Part shown: one piece after another, positions 40,711 through 55,862 of the stretch
Layout of the letters: every line of letters begins with the position of its first letter
How positions within the stretch are numbered: position 1 is the stretch's first letter
Assembly: GCA_964016885.1 (NCBI GenBank)
Contig: OZ024740.1
Location: 120,838,001-120,902,000, forward strand
Length of the DNA: 64,000 bases
Reading direction: 5' to 3'
Source of the DNA: Eledone cirrhosa
Lineage: Eukaryota
Notes under the pieces: generated by a model
Databases searched by the model: none
The model's input: the letters and a program-made list of their open reading frames with translations, nothing else
Told to the model about the DNA's origin: nothing
Program-made: the position numbers and the translations under genes

Positions 40711-43700
40711 AGGAACGAGTAGGACCCCGACGGCTGAGCTCAAGCCGTCTCGACGGCTAATTCTGGACTAAATGAACATTTTTATCCTGGTATTTGAATA
40801 GCCGAGCTTCTCAGGTGGTAATTCCATATATGGTAAAAGTGATTGTCACAAGGATTGGTCAAAAGTCTGTTGTTGGGACACATAATTCTATCATGACAAT
40901 TTGTGGAAGGAAGGGGTAGCTGAACCTGCCACTAGAAGAAAGAGGGAGAGGGTTGGAGGAAACCCAGTCGTGCGTTGATAGTGCCAACTACAGCAGGGCA
41001 GGAGGTCAAGGAACATACTAGGGAGGGGGAGGAAGTCGAAACAAAAAGTAAACCAATATGGGGTAAAAATACCGAGAATGTTAAAAAAAGCAAACAAACC
41101 ATTAAATATAAAAAAAAACAATTATTGGTTACTATTCCCCAACGACAGGCACCGATTCTTTCACTGGTACTGCTAGACTATAGACAAGTTTACTAGGTGG
41201 GACGGAATTATAATGAGACCCTTTTAAGAGGTAGTAGTAATCAACCGAGTATATCTTACGGTGACGGGTCAACAAGTGGGGGGCCAAAATACTAAAGAAA
41301 CTACCGCGAAACAATAATTCAGATTTCCGAGACCAATACGAAATAATTGTTTCTACCATAGGCACAAGGCCAGCAACCACCCAGTGCAAAAAATAAACTA
41401 ATACGAAATAATAAATCAGAATCCCGAAAAAGAATACTAATACTATCTCTAAAGGTGCCGCTACGATACAAAAATTCTAGTGCAAACTACATAAATGCTC
41501 GTACGAAGTATATGAAAAATTTGATACGGAAAATTAATTCAGAATCCCCCCCTCCCCCCTCCCCGAAAAAAAAATACTGATATACAAGAAATTAAAGTAA
41601 AGATATCACTAAGAAATGTAGAAAGCACGGAAAAGGGGCAGCCATCGGATAAGAAAGCAAGTATCCGGGGTCTATCACATCTGCTATAAAAAGCGGAGTC
41701 GGCCAATTCTATCATAGAATAGGGGAAGGGGGTGGGGGTACTGAGGCTACAAAGGACCGAGGGGCTGCCTCTGGTGGGCGAGAACGTGAAAAGGACGACG
41801 ACAAAGAAAGAGGACGGAGGTGGAAGGACTAGGAATAGATGGGGGGAAGAAGGAAATATAGAGGAAGCGATAAAAAGCTATAAAAGAAGATCTTACGTCT
41901 ACCTTTGCAAGCAGGGGTTACTCATTACAAAGTCGAGATGGACAACAAATTATCTCCAGCCTCGGGGTCGCCGACCGCACGAAACCCCTAGATCCACGGA
42001 CACGCTACTTCACACTGAACGACTCCAAATCCGATTTCGACCGTAAACCTTCTATCAGGCTTATGAACCCAACGAAGTCCGACATAGGGAGAATCAGAAA
42101 AAAAATCCTAGACCGCCTTATACCAAAAGTTAAACAACACACCAGACTTAGCCCATGGGTCAACACCCAGGAAGTAATCTCATGGTTCAGCAATATGGAG
42201 GACAAACGAGACACAAAATTCATCCAGTTTGACATAGAGTGTTACTATGCTTCAATTACCTTACCGCTACTTACGGCTGCCTTGGACTTTGCCGAAACAC
42301 TTGCGCCCATAACCGACCAGGAAAGAAACATCATCCTCCAGGCCATGAAGACAGTCCTACTCTTCGACAACTCCAAATGGATAAAGAGAGCTCCTGACTC
42401 ACCCTTCGACGTCAGCATGGGCGCGACGGATTCGGCTGAGGTCACTGATCTTATAGGATTATTCCTACTAGTTAAACTCACCGATATGTTTCCTGTGGAT
42501 TGTACCGTGATGATGGGCTCCTTACCCTTAAAGGGTACAACCCCAGTAGTACAGACGGGGTCCGTAAACAATTAATGAGCTTCTTCCGCGACTGGGGATT
42601 TAAAATAACCCTGCAAACGTCCCTGACCCGAGTAAACTTCCTGGACGTTACCCTCGACCTCGATAATGATCTGTACTACTCATACAGGAAACCCAACGAC
42701 AACCTGCACTACATCCACCGCCGGTCAAACCATCTTAGGAACATCACCAATAACCTGGTTAAAAACATCTCCCTCCGCATATCTCGTTTGTCTGCTAATG
42801 AGCAGATATTCGAGGAACATGCGCCTTATTACAACCAGGCCCTCAAGCGGTGTGGTTTCCGGGAGGAAATATCCTACTGTCCAGCTTCCATTAGCAGAAA
42901 CAGCAGGCGACACCGCCGCTCACGCAATGTAACATGGTTCAATCCTCCCCACAACGCCGAGGTGACAACTCCTATCGGGAAAATCTTCTTTAGGTTCATC
43001 GAAAAACACTTCCCACTACAACACCGCTACCACAATATAATTAACAAAAATACCATCAAACTCTCCTACAGCACCACACCAATCTTTGCACAAAACATCG
43101 TCTCCTCTAACAATAAAAAACTCAACCCCTATGGAAGAAATAACCTAAATAGCAGTGGAGAGCCGACCAGGAGGTGCAACTGCCCTGATGGATCCATTTG
43201 CCCTCTCGACAACAGATGCAGAGATCGTAATGTGATCTACCAGTGCAACGTGAGGACGGACACCTCCAACAAAGCTTATATAGGATTATCCGCATGTGAC
43301 TTCAAGACACGGCTATACCAACACAGACATACCTTCCGAAACCCGGCCCGGCGTCACGCCACCACACTATCGGGCCACATCTGGGACCTCAAGGATAACA
43401 ATATTACCTATGATCTCACTTGGAGCTTACTGTCCAGAGCCAACTCCTACACAGGAGGACACCGTCCGTGCAATTTATGCTCGGAGGAAACTTTACAAAT
43501 GTTGTTTTCGACGGATCAACTCCTAAACAAGAAGGGCGAACTGGTAACTGCATGCAAACACAGATTGCGTAGGACTTACCTCGCCCTCAAACCCCATAAT
43601 GACCCGGAGGTGGGGGTTAGATAGGGGCTGTAACACCCCACTTGTCGACTTTGTAATGGGTAACCCCTGCTTGCAAAGGTAGACGTAAGATCTTCTTTTA

Positions 43701-43852
43701 TAGCTTTTTATCGCTTCCTCTATATTTCCTTCTTCCCCCATCTCTTCCTAGTCCTTCCATCCCAGTCCTCTTTCTTTGTCGTCGTCCTTTTCACTTTCTC
43801 GCCCACCCGAGGCAGCCCCTCGGTCCTTTGTAGCCTCTGTACCCCCACCCCC
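40711..43852 (+). mobile_element. Best-preserved Naiad-type PLE: 5'-truncated RT-EN (41938-43624) preceded by an inverted pLTR
   Basis: ORF 42063-42575 has FIQFDIECYYASI and MGATDSAEV. ORF 42500-43624 has YRDDG, NFLDVTLDL, CNCPDGSICPLDNRC, YIG, CNLC, CKHR. One frameshift joins them. 41728-41937 is the reverse complement of 43645-43851. The leftward extent to 40711 is inferred. Confidence 0.9.
40724..40819 (-). ncRNA. Degenerate hammerhead with a full-length helix III
   Basis: Minus strand: accac CTGAGAA gct cggcta...tagccg tc GAGA CGGCT-tgagctc-AGCCG TC ggggt. The sister fragment at 37941-37984 retains GAAA. Confidence 0.6.
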
Positions 43853-44026
43853 TTTGTGTGACGAAAGAACTTTGACAATATATAAACAACCATCTGGTTG
43901 TGGAACCAACCAACCAACCGGAAATTTATAAATTCCTAAATTTATAAATTTATTATAATAAATTGAAGTGAAAGCAACTGGTGCGTGTGTTTTTTATTGG
44001 CAACATGACCCTCCCAAAGTATAACA

Positions 44027-44030
<4 letters not shown>
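43853..44030 (+). mobile_element. 3'-end fragment of the 40.3/59.8 kb PLE family, starting inside HHR helix II and ending at (TA)n
   Basis: tgtgtgacgaaagaactttgac...catgaccctcccaaagtataacaatatata. Confidence 0.85.
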
Positions 44031-44108
<78 letters not shown>

Positions 44109-44442
44109 GTGCGTGTGAGGATGTATGGTGCTCTTGGGCAGAAAATAACTGCAATTATAGTCAATTGCTACAGACAGAAAAATATTGTCAGTGCCTTCTA
44201 AGAAGGATCAAACTCTGTATAATTCGGAAACACATCTGTGAGATACGGAGTTCGATTCTTCGTAACGACTATTGACAATATTTGACATTCTCTAATGTTC
44301 TTAACCCGATTTATCTCAACTAGTTTATAGCAACTAGATGCAAATGCAGTTATCTTTTTCGTTTGAGTATCCTACATATCCTTAAAAATGTATTTCCTCA
44401 GAGCATCGTATGTTCCAAGATTTGAGTTTTACACATGATTTG

Positions 44443-44488
<46 letters not shown>

Positions 44489-44620
44489 ATTAGAAAGTGA
44501 ACAACACAAATGGAGTAGTTATATATATTTTTTTTTTCATTTTCTAATTAAATAGCTCTGTTCTATACATAGAGTAATCTTTTCTTCCTTTGCCTTTTCT
44601 TCGGAATTACCCAACACACG

Positions 44621-44700
<80 letters not shown>

Positions 44701-44909
44701 ATCGCTGCCCCAAAGCTGCGCAAATTTTATTGTGTAAGCTAGGGCAGCGCCAGAGTATTAAGCGGGGCTGGCTGAACTATCACGAATCGTTCTTCAAATT
44801 TGCCCCCCAATATATGACTCATACTCGAGTTAACTCCCTTATCACGGAATCAATTAATATAATCTGCGCAGAAGCCAGCCAGCTCATAAATTACTTCCGT
44901 TCTCACTAT

Positions 44910-44964
44910 AACCATACATGATTTGAAGAATCCTTCGGGTGAAACACGTGCCCTCATGTATGGT
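44910..44964 (+). ncRNA. Degenerate hammerhead ribozyme in an orphan PLE 3' end (about 44700-45060)
   Basis: Helix I aaccatacatga/tcatgtatggtt. TTGAAGA. Helix II with a TTCG loop. GAAA-C-ACGT-G-CC. Confidence 0.65.
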
Positions 44965-46667
44965 TTGCTAATTTGTTGTGGAACTAACTCTGTAAAGAAC
45001 TCGCCGTTTGGACTGAGTGCTCTACCAACTACGGATATAACCTCCCGGTTTCTACCACTATATATATATATATATATATATCTTTGTTTATTTATTTGTT
45101 TGTGTGTGTATGTATATAAACAGACTATGACGCTTGTATACAAAGGAAAGTCATATTGAAATAAACAGAACATATTATTGTAGGTAGTCGTAACTTGGCG
45201 TAGACTACGCTCACATAACGAAATAATCTTACTAATTGATACGACATTTGATATCATAGGTGACTTGCATTGAATTTAAAGTTACTCATAGTACAGTTTT
45301 CTTTCTACATTTTAGTTAGTTTTTCTTTTCGTTCTTTCAGTTTTATAAATTTATATCATCTATTATTTTTTAACGCTTATTTATTTGTTTCGTCTTTTCT
45401 TTAAATTATTGTCAGTTGCTATTAAGATCGTTATGTTGAAGAGATTTTAAACGGCTACAAATGTATTAACAGATAAATACTGAAAGCTAAATAAGTATAT
45501 ATTAAATAATAATAATAATAATAATTATAACAATAATAATAATAACAATAATAATAATAATGATCATCATATTAATAATAATAATAGATTTGTGAATAAA
45601 CTAAAAGACACAAATAACTAAATTGATAAATGAGAAGAGGTAAACTTACACCACCAACAACAACAATAACAACAATAAACACAACAACGAAGACACTGGC
45701 GTCATCTAAGAACAACTATAACATTACCAACATTTTTCTATTAAAGAAAATAATAATATAAGAAATTCTAGACAGCTAAGAAATGTTCAATATTAGAGAC
45801 ATGAGCGTGATCCAAATTTTATTTGGAAGATTTAATGTTGTCTTTTCTTAATGAAATTTATTATGGAACAATAAAAGAGTATGAAGAAATGGAAATTTCT
45901 CAAGTTTAATATGTTTCTAATGGTATAATTCTATATTTTCAAGTTGTTCAAAACAGATAATTTCTTTTAGTTTTCTTAATTCTTAAAAGAAAAAAAAATA
46001 ACACATGCTGTTTAAACTAATTTCGTTTATATTTTATATACTTGTTTTCTTTTAGCTTTTTTTTTTCAATTTAGACCCAAATATAGCAATTCAAGGGGAG
46101 GAGAATGTCGACTTAATCGATTTCAGTGTATGAATTACCTTTAGTTTTCGACATATCCCATACACTGGAAAAATTTAAGGCAAATTTGAACTCACTATGT
46201 AAAGAATCCGACAAAAAATGGTGTAATGCATTTTGCTCATCTCCTTATGATTCTACTACTCAAACACCCGAGCGCAAAAGTTTCCTTTTCAATGCTTAAA
46301 GGTCAGGCATTTTTATTTTGTATAATATTGTGATTGCATTAATACATGGAAGAGAGATATTTATATCTATATTATACTAGCTGGCCTCGTGGAAATTTCA
46401 TGGTCTAAGAAATCAATATGACAATTAAAATTTTATATACATGTTTTATATTTATCAGACTTGACAACCTCAAAACACCTAAACGAGGTGTACCACGAAG
46501 AAAGTGCCCCCAAACGCGAAGAAATGAGACAAAATTGAGGGGGGGGGGGTTACATAATGAAAGCTATACCCAGTTTCACAAGAGAAGATCTCTCACCAAC
46601 CCGGACAGGAGAGCTGACAAGCCTGATATATATATATATATACAGTATATATATATATATACGTAAT

Positions 46668-46770
<103 letters not shown>

Positions 46771-49042
46771 GTATACTCACTCAGAAATAATATAATCATC
46801 CGAGATCAATAGAAAAAAATATTTGGTTGTATCACTACAACCGACTCTCTCTCTTTCTCTCACACACACACTTTTCCATACCTATTATAGTGTGACCGCT
46901 GGATTACTGGAAGTAAACAGCAGCTTTAATAGAGATTTATACTATATCCATGTCATTGTCTGAACAAGATGGTCAGCATCTATTATGAAGTACCATACAG
47001 TATTCATAACGCACTGTAGTAACATTTTTCATTTTCAATTGTTGTTAGTTTTACTAACTCGTTCAAATCACGCCGAGGTTACCTTAACCTTTCATGCTTA
47101 CAGCGTCGATAAAATAAAGCACCAGTAACTATCTGGGGTCGATTTAATCTACTTTCTCTTCCTCAAAATTGTTGACCATGTACTTAAATCAGAAACCATT
47201 ATTTATACCAACTCTATTTTCATAAAGCAGACCTCAAAGATATTCCTATCGTGATAATGCTATCTTATATTTAGGTACAGTTCATCAAAGAATACGTTAT
47301 CTAATAAGTCCTTTTCTGTTTTAAATATGTTAGAGTTCAATTAGACGTAGATTTAACTGATACCTCTCGCGAATTGAACGACCTTCATATAATCAACAAC
47401 TTTAAATATAATGTTATTGCCATGTTAGATTTATCCCTTTTCTGATCAATGAAATAATTGTTTCTAGTTTTGGCACAGGGCCAGCAATTATCAGTACATT
47501 ACTGGTACTTTATTTTATCGACCCCGTAAGGATGAAAGGCAAAATAATGTAGGATGAAAGAGGAAACATAACGTTTTGTACGACTAACTTGATAGTTTGC
47601 AGTAATTAAATATAATCTCCAAATAGTTCGCAGTAATTAAGCATAATCAGTAGAATTTGCTTGCATAAATCGGTTGACATTTCTCACTTCTAAATTCTTA
47701 TTTCTATGTTATCATTAAAAACAAATTAACACTATTTTACCCAAACGTGACATAATCACAGTTAAATACGGCCAATGGGAGACTTTCCACATGTTTTTAC
47801 ACTGACTCCACCCGCACAACAAGGACCGCATTTTCCATTGTACCCTAACACTTTTAGAGATAGTAGTGTGTGATTTGTGTGACAATTAGCTGCTGTTTCT
47901 AGCAGATCGTATGAAAGCACGGCCGCTCTCCATCCCGCTTATAATGAAGATATGCTGCTGCCAGGGATATGGGTCAAGGAAATTGCTTGATCAAATGTTC
48001 ATGGCAATACTGTGATTACTAGTTTAGGCATAAATTCGGGTTTTGTTTGGGTGGGGGTGTTAGTTATGTTAGGTCGATTAAATTGACACCTTCTTCTTGA
48101 CGAGTACTTTATTTTATCGACCCATAAAGAATGAAAGGCTTAGTCATCATTGGCATGCTTCTAACTTAAAACTTAATAAGACGACACGAATACCACATTT
48201 TGTCCAACATTCTAGCGAATCTGCCAATCCACTGCCCCTCGGTATAATGATAATAGTACAAATACTTTTCTTAAAATATCTTAATATTTTTTATTTAATT
48301 AAAATGCAAAACTATGTTGTTACTGAATAAGCAGACTTGTGATAAAAATGCATTCCAGCGGTGACCAGCCCAATTCATTTTTTCCATATAGTGAACTAAT
48401 TATCAAGGCCATATCTAATTTAATTATCTCGGGAATTTTACCCACCCTTGATAGATAGATAGATATCTAAACCATGGTAGGGCCAGTTCCGGTTTTTTTT
48501 TGTGTGTGTGGGGTCAGGTTTGTGAGGCCCAGGGCTATTCCTAGAGAGGGACCCTGTTTAAAACGGTAGCCCAGGGAATTTACCTCTCTAAACAACCCGA
48601 TATATCAGGCTTTGCTAATTATACAATGCATTTTTTCTTTATCTAAGATGATACAATATTTAGTAGGGGATATTTGACTCTTCGCTCCAGGTGGTAGAGA
48701 CACAGCATTGAACATCCTCCGTACCAGTTTACTCGGACAATGTGGTGCATCATGAACTGTAGAAATAACTAATAGTAGAGTTAAATTGCTTCACTACTAA
48801 AATACTCATTTCCAAATATTCACTCCTTCTTTTCTTTATTGAAACGCCAACAAATATACCGATGAAGGAAGCATATATGCACTCACACGACATGCTAAAA
48901 ATAGCAGCCATATATGCATCAAATTGACACCTTAGACACTTAAATAAATAAGGATGCATTACTTGGTGTAGTTCTTAATACACACACACACACACACACG
49001 CACACACACGCACACACACACACCCACCCACACACACACACA

Positions 49043-49082
<40 letters not shown>

Positions 49083-49299
49083 TAAAATATTCATTATTTG
49101 ATTAATTATTTCGCCAAATGTATGCCCGTCAGGCAAATGAGAATGATCATATCTTGACACATTTAGTAAGATTCATTGGGAGTTGTCTGTTGATACGGAG
49201 GAAACACGGAAAGTGTTTACGCTTCATTCTTTTAATAGAGAGGGCTTCTAATTCATAAAGTATTGTTATAACCACTTTAAATACTCCTTAAATATACAA

Positions 49300-49418
<119 letters not shown>

Positions 49419-49554
49419 AACTTTAACTGTTATTTTAATACATATTTGCTCTACGGTTCTTATATATTTGACGTATATTTATCATTATCGAGCCCTCTTT
49501 GGATTTTAGTCTTCAAATTTATTATATATATGTACAAATATACATATGTATATA

Positions 49555-49624
<70 letters not shown>

Positions 49625-49699
49625 CCACTCTCAAGGGCGTGAAATTAATAAACATTCGTTGTACTGCCTCTCTGTTTTGTTCCTGTTTAAATTTTCCAT

Positions 49700-49731
<32 letters not shown>

Positions 49732-51764
49732 CATATATATATACATATGTATATGCGTATACATATATATATATATGCACACACACATATATATATATAT
49801 ATATGCCCATGTGGGTGTATGGATATCCTACATGTAGCTTTGGCATGTAAAATGTGGAGCTGCAAGCATGAGATGCTTTGTGCACAAAACCTTTCCACTT
49901 GAAACTAATTTATGGTGCAAGTACCTTGTGTTGTATCACATGATGAAATGGGAGAACTATGTTGATATTGTTTGTGATTAAACTATAAAACCGACAAGTG
50001 CTATTTCAAGTGGGAAACGCAAAGGCACTCATGGCGCAGTTGTCTCTTCGATCACAGTTCGATTCTTGTCAATTATTTCTTCGATGAAGGTGTGTGTGTT
50101 TGCGCGCACGCGTGCGTGTGTGTGCGTGAGTGTGTGTGTGTGTGTGTGTGTTTGTGCGTGTCAGTGTGTATGCATGTGTGTGTGTGTGCGTGAGTATGTT
50201 TCTGTGTGTGTGTGTGTGCATGTCAGTGTGTATGTATGTGTGTGTGCTAGGTTTGTTTGTTTAAGGGAGATAGTTTCACTCATCAACAACTTTCCTCCTG
50301 TGCGCGCGTGCCCCCCCCCCCCACACACATTCAAATCACTCATGCAAGAAACATATATACATATATACAGAGATACATTCATCCACTCATAAAATACACA
50401 CTTATATACAAAAGAAACAGATATATATACTGACATTCTCATCAATTCATAAAACACTCACATACACATATATCAAATAGACTCGTAAATATATGGACTC
50501 ACCAACTCACGAAGGGCACCCATGATGATGATGATGATAATAATGACGATGATGGTAATAACGATGATGAAGATGTTTACTTCTATCCTTATACTAATAT
50601 GTGTAACTTAATCAGGACCTTCGCTGCAATAAGTACAACTAGCCAGTCACCTACAGTGTATACCTCCGAATGGCCATTACTGAGCCTTAATGGACCAAAA
50701 ATCTTTACAAATACTTATAATCAAATTAAGTATATAATATAATTTTCGCGCTCAATAAACAAATCCCTAAATATCTTTGTCACGTAGTTGCCTTGTGGAA
50801 TCTTACAAAGTGGTGGAGAGGGCTGTAATGAGTAAATGCAGGCTTCGTAATTTTTCTAATGCAATTAGAGCAAAAAATGTCAAAGAGAAGATTCGTTAGC
50901 CCATCAAACCGAGACAAAAATGCACACATTGTAGGGCTAGCGTAGGGGGTTGAACACCCAGGCGTGGGTTCTGATCATTATTCTAATTATCAGACAGTAA
51001 GACACAGTGTTTGACACAAGTGTTGCATCTTTGAATTTACCTGTACAGTCCATGTGGTGAGGCGTGCCATTCTAATTTCCCTTTGATCGACCTAAGAATG
51101 TTAAAAGGAACATGCATAATATTACATGAAGTGGCATCGAATCGAAATCATAAGCTCATGATTGCGAAAGCACATTTATAACTACTCGACCAAATATATA
51201 CCGATGCGCACACACACTTATATCACAAGCGCGCGTACACACAAACAAACACAAACATTGCACACACTAATTTACTTTTCTCTTTCTCTCTCTCTCTGTT
51301 TCTGTGTGTGTCTCTCCTCCCCGCTCTCTCTCTCACTATACATACAGATAGTATCAGCAATGAAAAAAATTGATAGAAGCATGGTTTTCTTGGTCCGTTC
51401 TGACGATCGACACATTTCCTTTCCTTTTTCTACCTTCAAGCAATAATTTCATGATTTCATATATGCAAGCGCTAATACTGACTGGTGCAGCGATATAATA
51501 CATACACTGCATAGAGTAGTATTCCCATCACTATATCTATTAGTTATTTGATCGATTAGAAGAGGTAGAAATTAAAGCCACGGGAGCATATGTTCGAAAA
51601 TTGTTACTGATTTACACTATCCATCCTATCATATATAAAATGGTTACGTAATTGTTTAATATAAAATTCGCATGACTTTTCGTGATTAGATAGATATAGC
51701 TATCTATTTCTCTGTCTTTTTCTCTCTATTCTCTTTTCTCTATTCCACGAACCCCGTAAGGCTC

Positions 51765-51807
<43 letters not shown>

Positions 51808-52533
51808 GCTGCTCACACATGTATAGGTGTCTATATATATGTGTGTGTGTGTGAATGAGAGAGAAAGAGAAAGAAAGAAAGAGAGAGATAGAGAGAGATA
51901 GAGATAGATAGAGAGAGAGAGAGAGAGAAAGGAAGAGAAAGGGAGAGATGAGGAGGCAGAGAGATTAAGTTATAGTGTGTGTGTGTGTTCACGATTTTCG
52001 ATTCCGCCGAAGATGACTTTGTTTATTATTCAGGCGTTAATAAAATATGGTCATATACTAGGTCGGTATAACTACTTCTAATCGACTAATGGCTGGCCCA
52101 AAGTAGAGACCCTTATGAAAGTATATCAGTGAATCGGGCGACATATATCTATGTTGTCCAACCATTGCTTGCCCGATGACGAATAATCAAATTAATTATT
52201 ATAATTGTTTCTACTTTTGGCACAAGACCACCACTTATCTCAGTGCACTACTGGAACTTTATTTTATCGACCCCGTAAGGATGAAAGGCAAAGTTAACCT
52301 CGGCGGGATTTGAACTCAGAATGGCAAGGGTCGTAACTCTACGTGTCAAAGCATGGCGTCCGACCCTCTACCGATACTACCAATCCACCCCAGTAATGTA
52401 CTGGGTAATTGCTTGGCCTTGTGCCAAATGTAGAAACAATTATTATAATAAACGGAAATGACGGGTACTGAAAGTGGAGTTAAAGGGGATGAATCAAACT
52501 TTCCCAAAGCGTCAACACTACGCCATAGGTCTG

Positions 52534-52580
<47 letters not shown>

Positions 52581-52689
52581 TTCAAACAATTGTTCTCGGT
52601 ATCGTGAACTAACTGTTGTGTAACCACTTCTACCTAACTCGTCCCATGGACTGAGTGCTCTGCCACTACGGATATTACCTTCCAGTGTT

Positions 52690-52930
52690 CAAGCACTGGA
52701 CTTATGATCATAATGTCGTGGGTCCTATTCCTAGGCTGCGTGTTGTTTTCTTCAGCAAAACACTTCATTTCACGTTTCTCTAGTATACTCAGTGGAAATG
52801 AGTACCAGCAATAGCTGGAGGTTAAACACTGCGATGGACTGGCGTCCTATCCAGGTGGGAGTCTTGTACTCTCAGTCGCTTCACGCCATGAAACTGGGAT
52901 AAGCACCGGCCAAATGAGTCTTTAGGACAT
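52690..52930 (+). mobile_element. tRNA-derived SINE with CORE-like domain
   Basis: cagcaaaacacttcatttcacg...actcag...gcgatggactggcgtcctatccagg...gaaactgggataagc. Confidence 0.6.
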
Positions 52931-53530
52931 ATTATATATATATATATATATGTACACACACACATATATAAATATGTGTGTGTATGTATGTGTGTATGTG
53001 TGTGTCTGTGTGTATATAAATGTGTATATAGATGTACGTGTGTGTGTGCATTTTGCTTTCTCTTATAGTGTGCCTGTATAAATGCATCATTTAAGTTTGT
53101 CCAAATCATCTAATCATTTATATCATATCATATTATTGTGAACATAATATAATATAATAATATATATATGTATATGTATATATATATATATGTGTGTATA
53201 TGTGTGTGTGTGTGTTTGATTATGTATGTATATATCTATATACCTATATAATTGATAAAAAAAAACACAAATACAGATGCAAGAAAAGATATTCTTATTA
53301 TGATCACGCTTAGGAGGAATTTATGTGTATATATATGGACTGTCGATCGACTTTCGTCAAATCGGACCGAGGAAACAACGTTTCCATATGTCTTTCCAAT
53401 TGCTAATACTATCACGCAGTCGCAACTCCAGGTAGAAGGAGCTAAAGGACAAAATGCATCACCCGGAATCAAACTCAGGATTACGAATCCAATTTTTTAA
53501 CAATACAAACACACACACATACATACACAG

Positions 53531-53657
<127 letters not shown>

Positions 53658-53724
53658 CTAAGAACTTTCGTCCCATTGACTGAATGGTGTACTCTTATGG
53701 ATATACCGTCCCAGTGTTCTACCG

Positions 53725-53761
<37 letters not shown>

Positions 53762-54152
53762 AATAAGGGCGCTGCGGAGTTGCAAATGGGTTACATATGA
53801 AAAAAGTTTGTCCTTCGTCAGTGATCTTCCAACTATCAGAGGTATTTCATCGCTTTAAAGACCATATACCTCCGGTTGGTGCGAGCAACGGCTAAAAAAA
53901 GTCGTTGGGACACGTAAATAAAGGGGACGCGAGGGTAAACAAACAAAATGGTGAGGCAACAGAAAGTGAGGAATAAGGAGACAAGTCCCAGATTTCTATG
54001 AATTTAAGTTCGGTGAAATCGTGAACGAGAGAATAAAGACCATCAAACCTGGTTGAAATGTGAGCAAGGAAGGAATTTCGCACAGGTCTAACGGGAGGAA
54101 GAAGGAGTCTGGTCTGCGAATTCGGTAAACATAAGTTCTGTGAAATCGTGGA

Positions 54153-54220
<68 letters not shown>

Positions 54221-54300
54221 TTGTGTATAATGGTAGCTATGGTGCTTCAATAGGCGGTATGACAAAATTAGCACTTAATATTTAGCAGAGTAGAGTGTAG

Positions 54301-55017
54301 ATAGTATAAGGAAAACCAAAAATCAGAGATGCATCTGGACTCAATTTATTGCGTGTTACAATTGTTTCGCCGGCAGGTAGCTCGAGACATGGTCCCTGTA
54401 GGGATCTGGCTGATTCTATGGCTGCAGGTTTCTTCAGACACGGGTAGTTCGTTCGGAGCAAATTTTATCACTGGGGTGTTATCATAAAAAAACCCCGCCA
54501 AAAAACCTCTTCCATTCTTGTCATGCCATTGGCTGTTGTTACTCCACGTCATCTTAAGTTCTGGTCAGTATTTACTGCTACACGGGGCATTAGACATTTT
54601 CCGTGCGACACACTTCAATGGAGTCATCCTGGGTTCAGTATCTCACACGTCTGTTCACATTCCAGAGCAAGAACCCATACATACGATTACACACACACAT
54701 ATACACACACAGGCAGACACATGCGTGCATACACACACGTGCGCATACATGCGTAGACACCCCCACCCCTACACATATACATATATATATACACACACAC
54801 GCTCTCCCTCACTTCCACGGACCCAGGCACACCCACTTCTAGATACATACCGCCACAAGCCTTTTAACGGCTGCATAAGTCGCGCCATATATCCGGTCCG
54901 ACAAGCACGGTCCACGCACTCATACACATATACACACACATACGCGCGCACACATACCTACGCACAACCTTATATACATTTATATATATACACTCATACA
55001 CACACACATATATACAT

Positions 55018-55056
<39 letters not shown>

Positions 55057-55119
55057 CACATGCACATACATACATACAAAATACACATATTGTACACTAA
55101 ATTACATACACACATACAT

Positions 55120-55192
<73 letters not shown>

Positions 55193-55451
55193 AACAAACC
55201 CTACATGCATACGCACACCCACACACATAAATACAAATATACATGCAGACATATATACATCTACATATACATACGCACACGGATACCTGCACATATGCAT
55301 ATTTGCTTACACACACATGTTTCCACATATACATATATAAACAAAATCGTAAATTAAAAATACATTATATAATAAAAAACACAAAATACCATAAAATAAC
55401 GGTAAAATAACATAACATAAAATATAAAATATCAATGTAGTATACAATATA

Positions 55452-55531
<80 letters not shown>

Positions 55532-55798
55532 GTACACACATTCATACATACATATACGGATATATACAATGGATATTTTATAAAATAAAATAAAAATAAT
55601 AGTAATAATATCTATATATACTCCATATATAATCATCCGTACACATTCCTATGAGATGTACATACACATATACATGTATACACAAATACAGATACACATA
55701 TATAGAGGCCACATATACATACACCCGCACCCACACATATATATATACACATACGCACCCACATACACACACATACTCATACGTAGCTATACGTACAT

Positions 55799-55862
<64 letters not shown>

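Noticed and set aside
50760-51110. Unique non-repetitive block with a TCF-like site (CCTTTGAT) as a putative enhancer
   Set aside because: A single short motif is expected by chance, and no conservation data are available.
54518-55357. 279-aa ORF with a hydrophobic, signal-peptide-like start
   Set aside because: It lies in a repeat arm, is mirrored on the opposite strand, and is mostly (CA)/(TA) translation.
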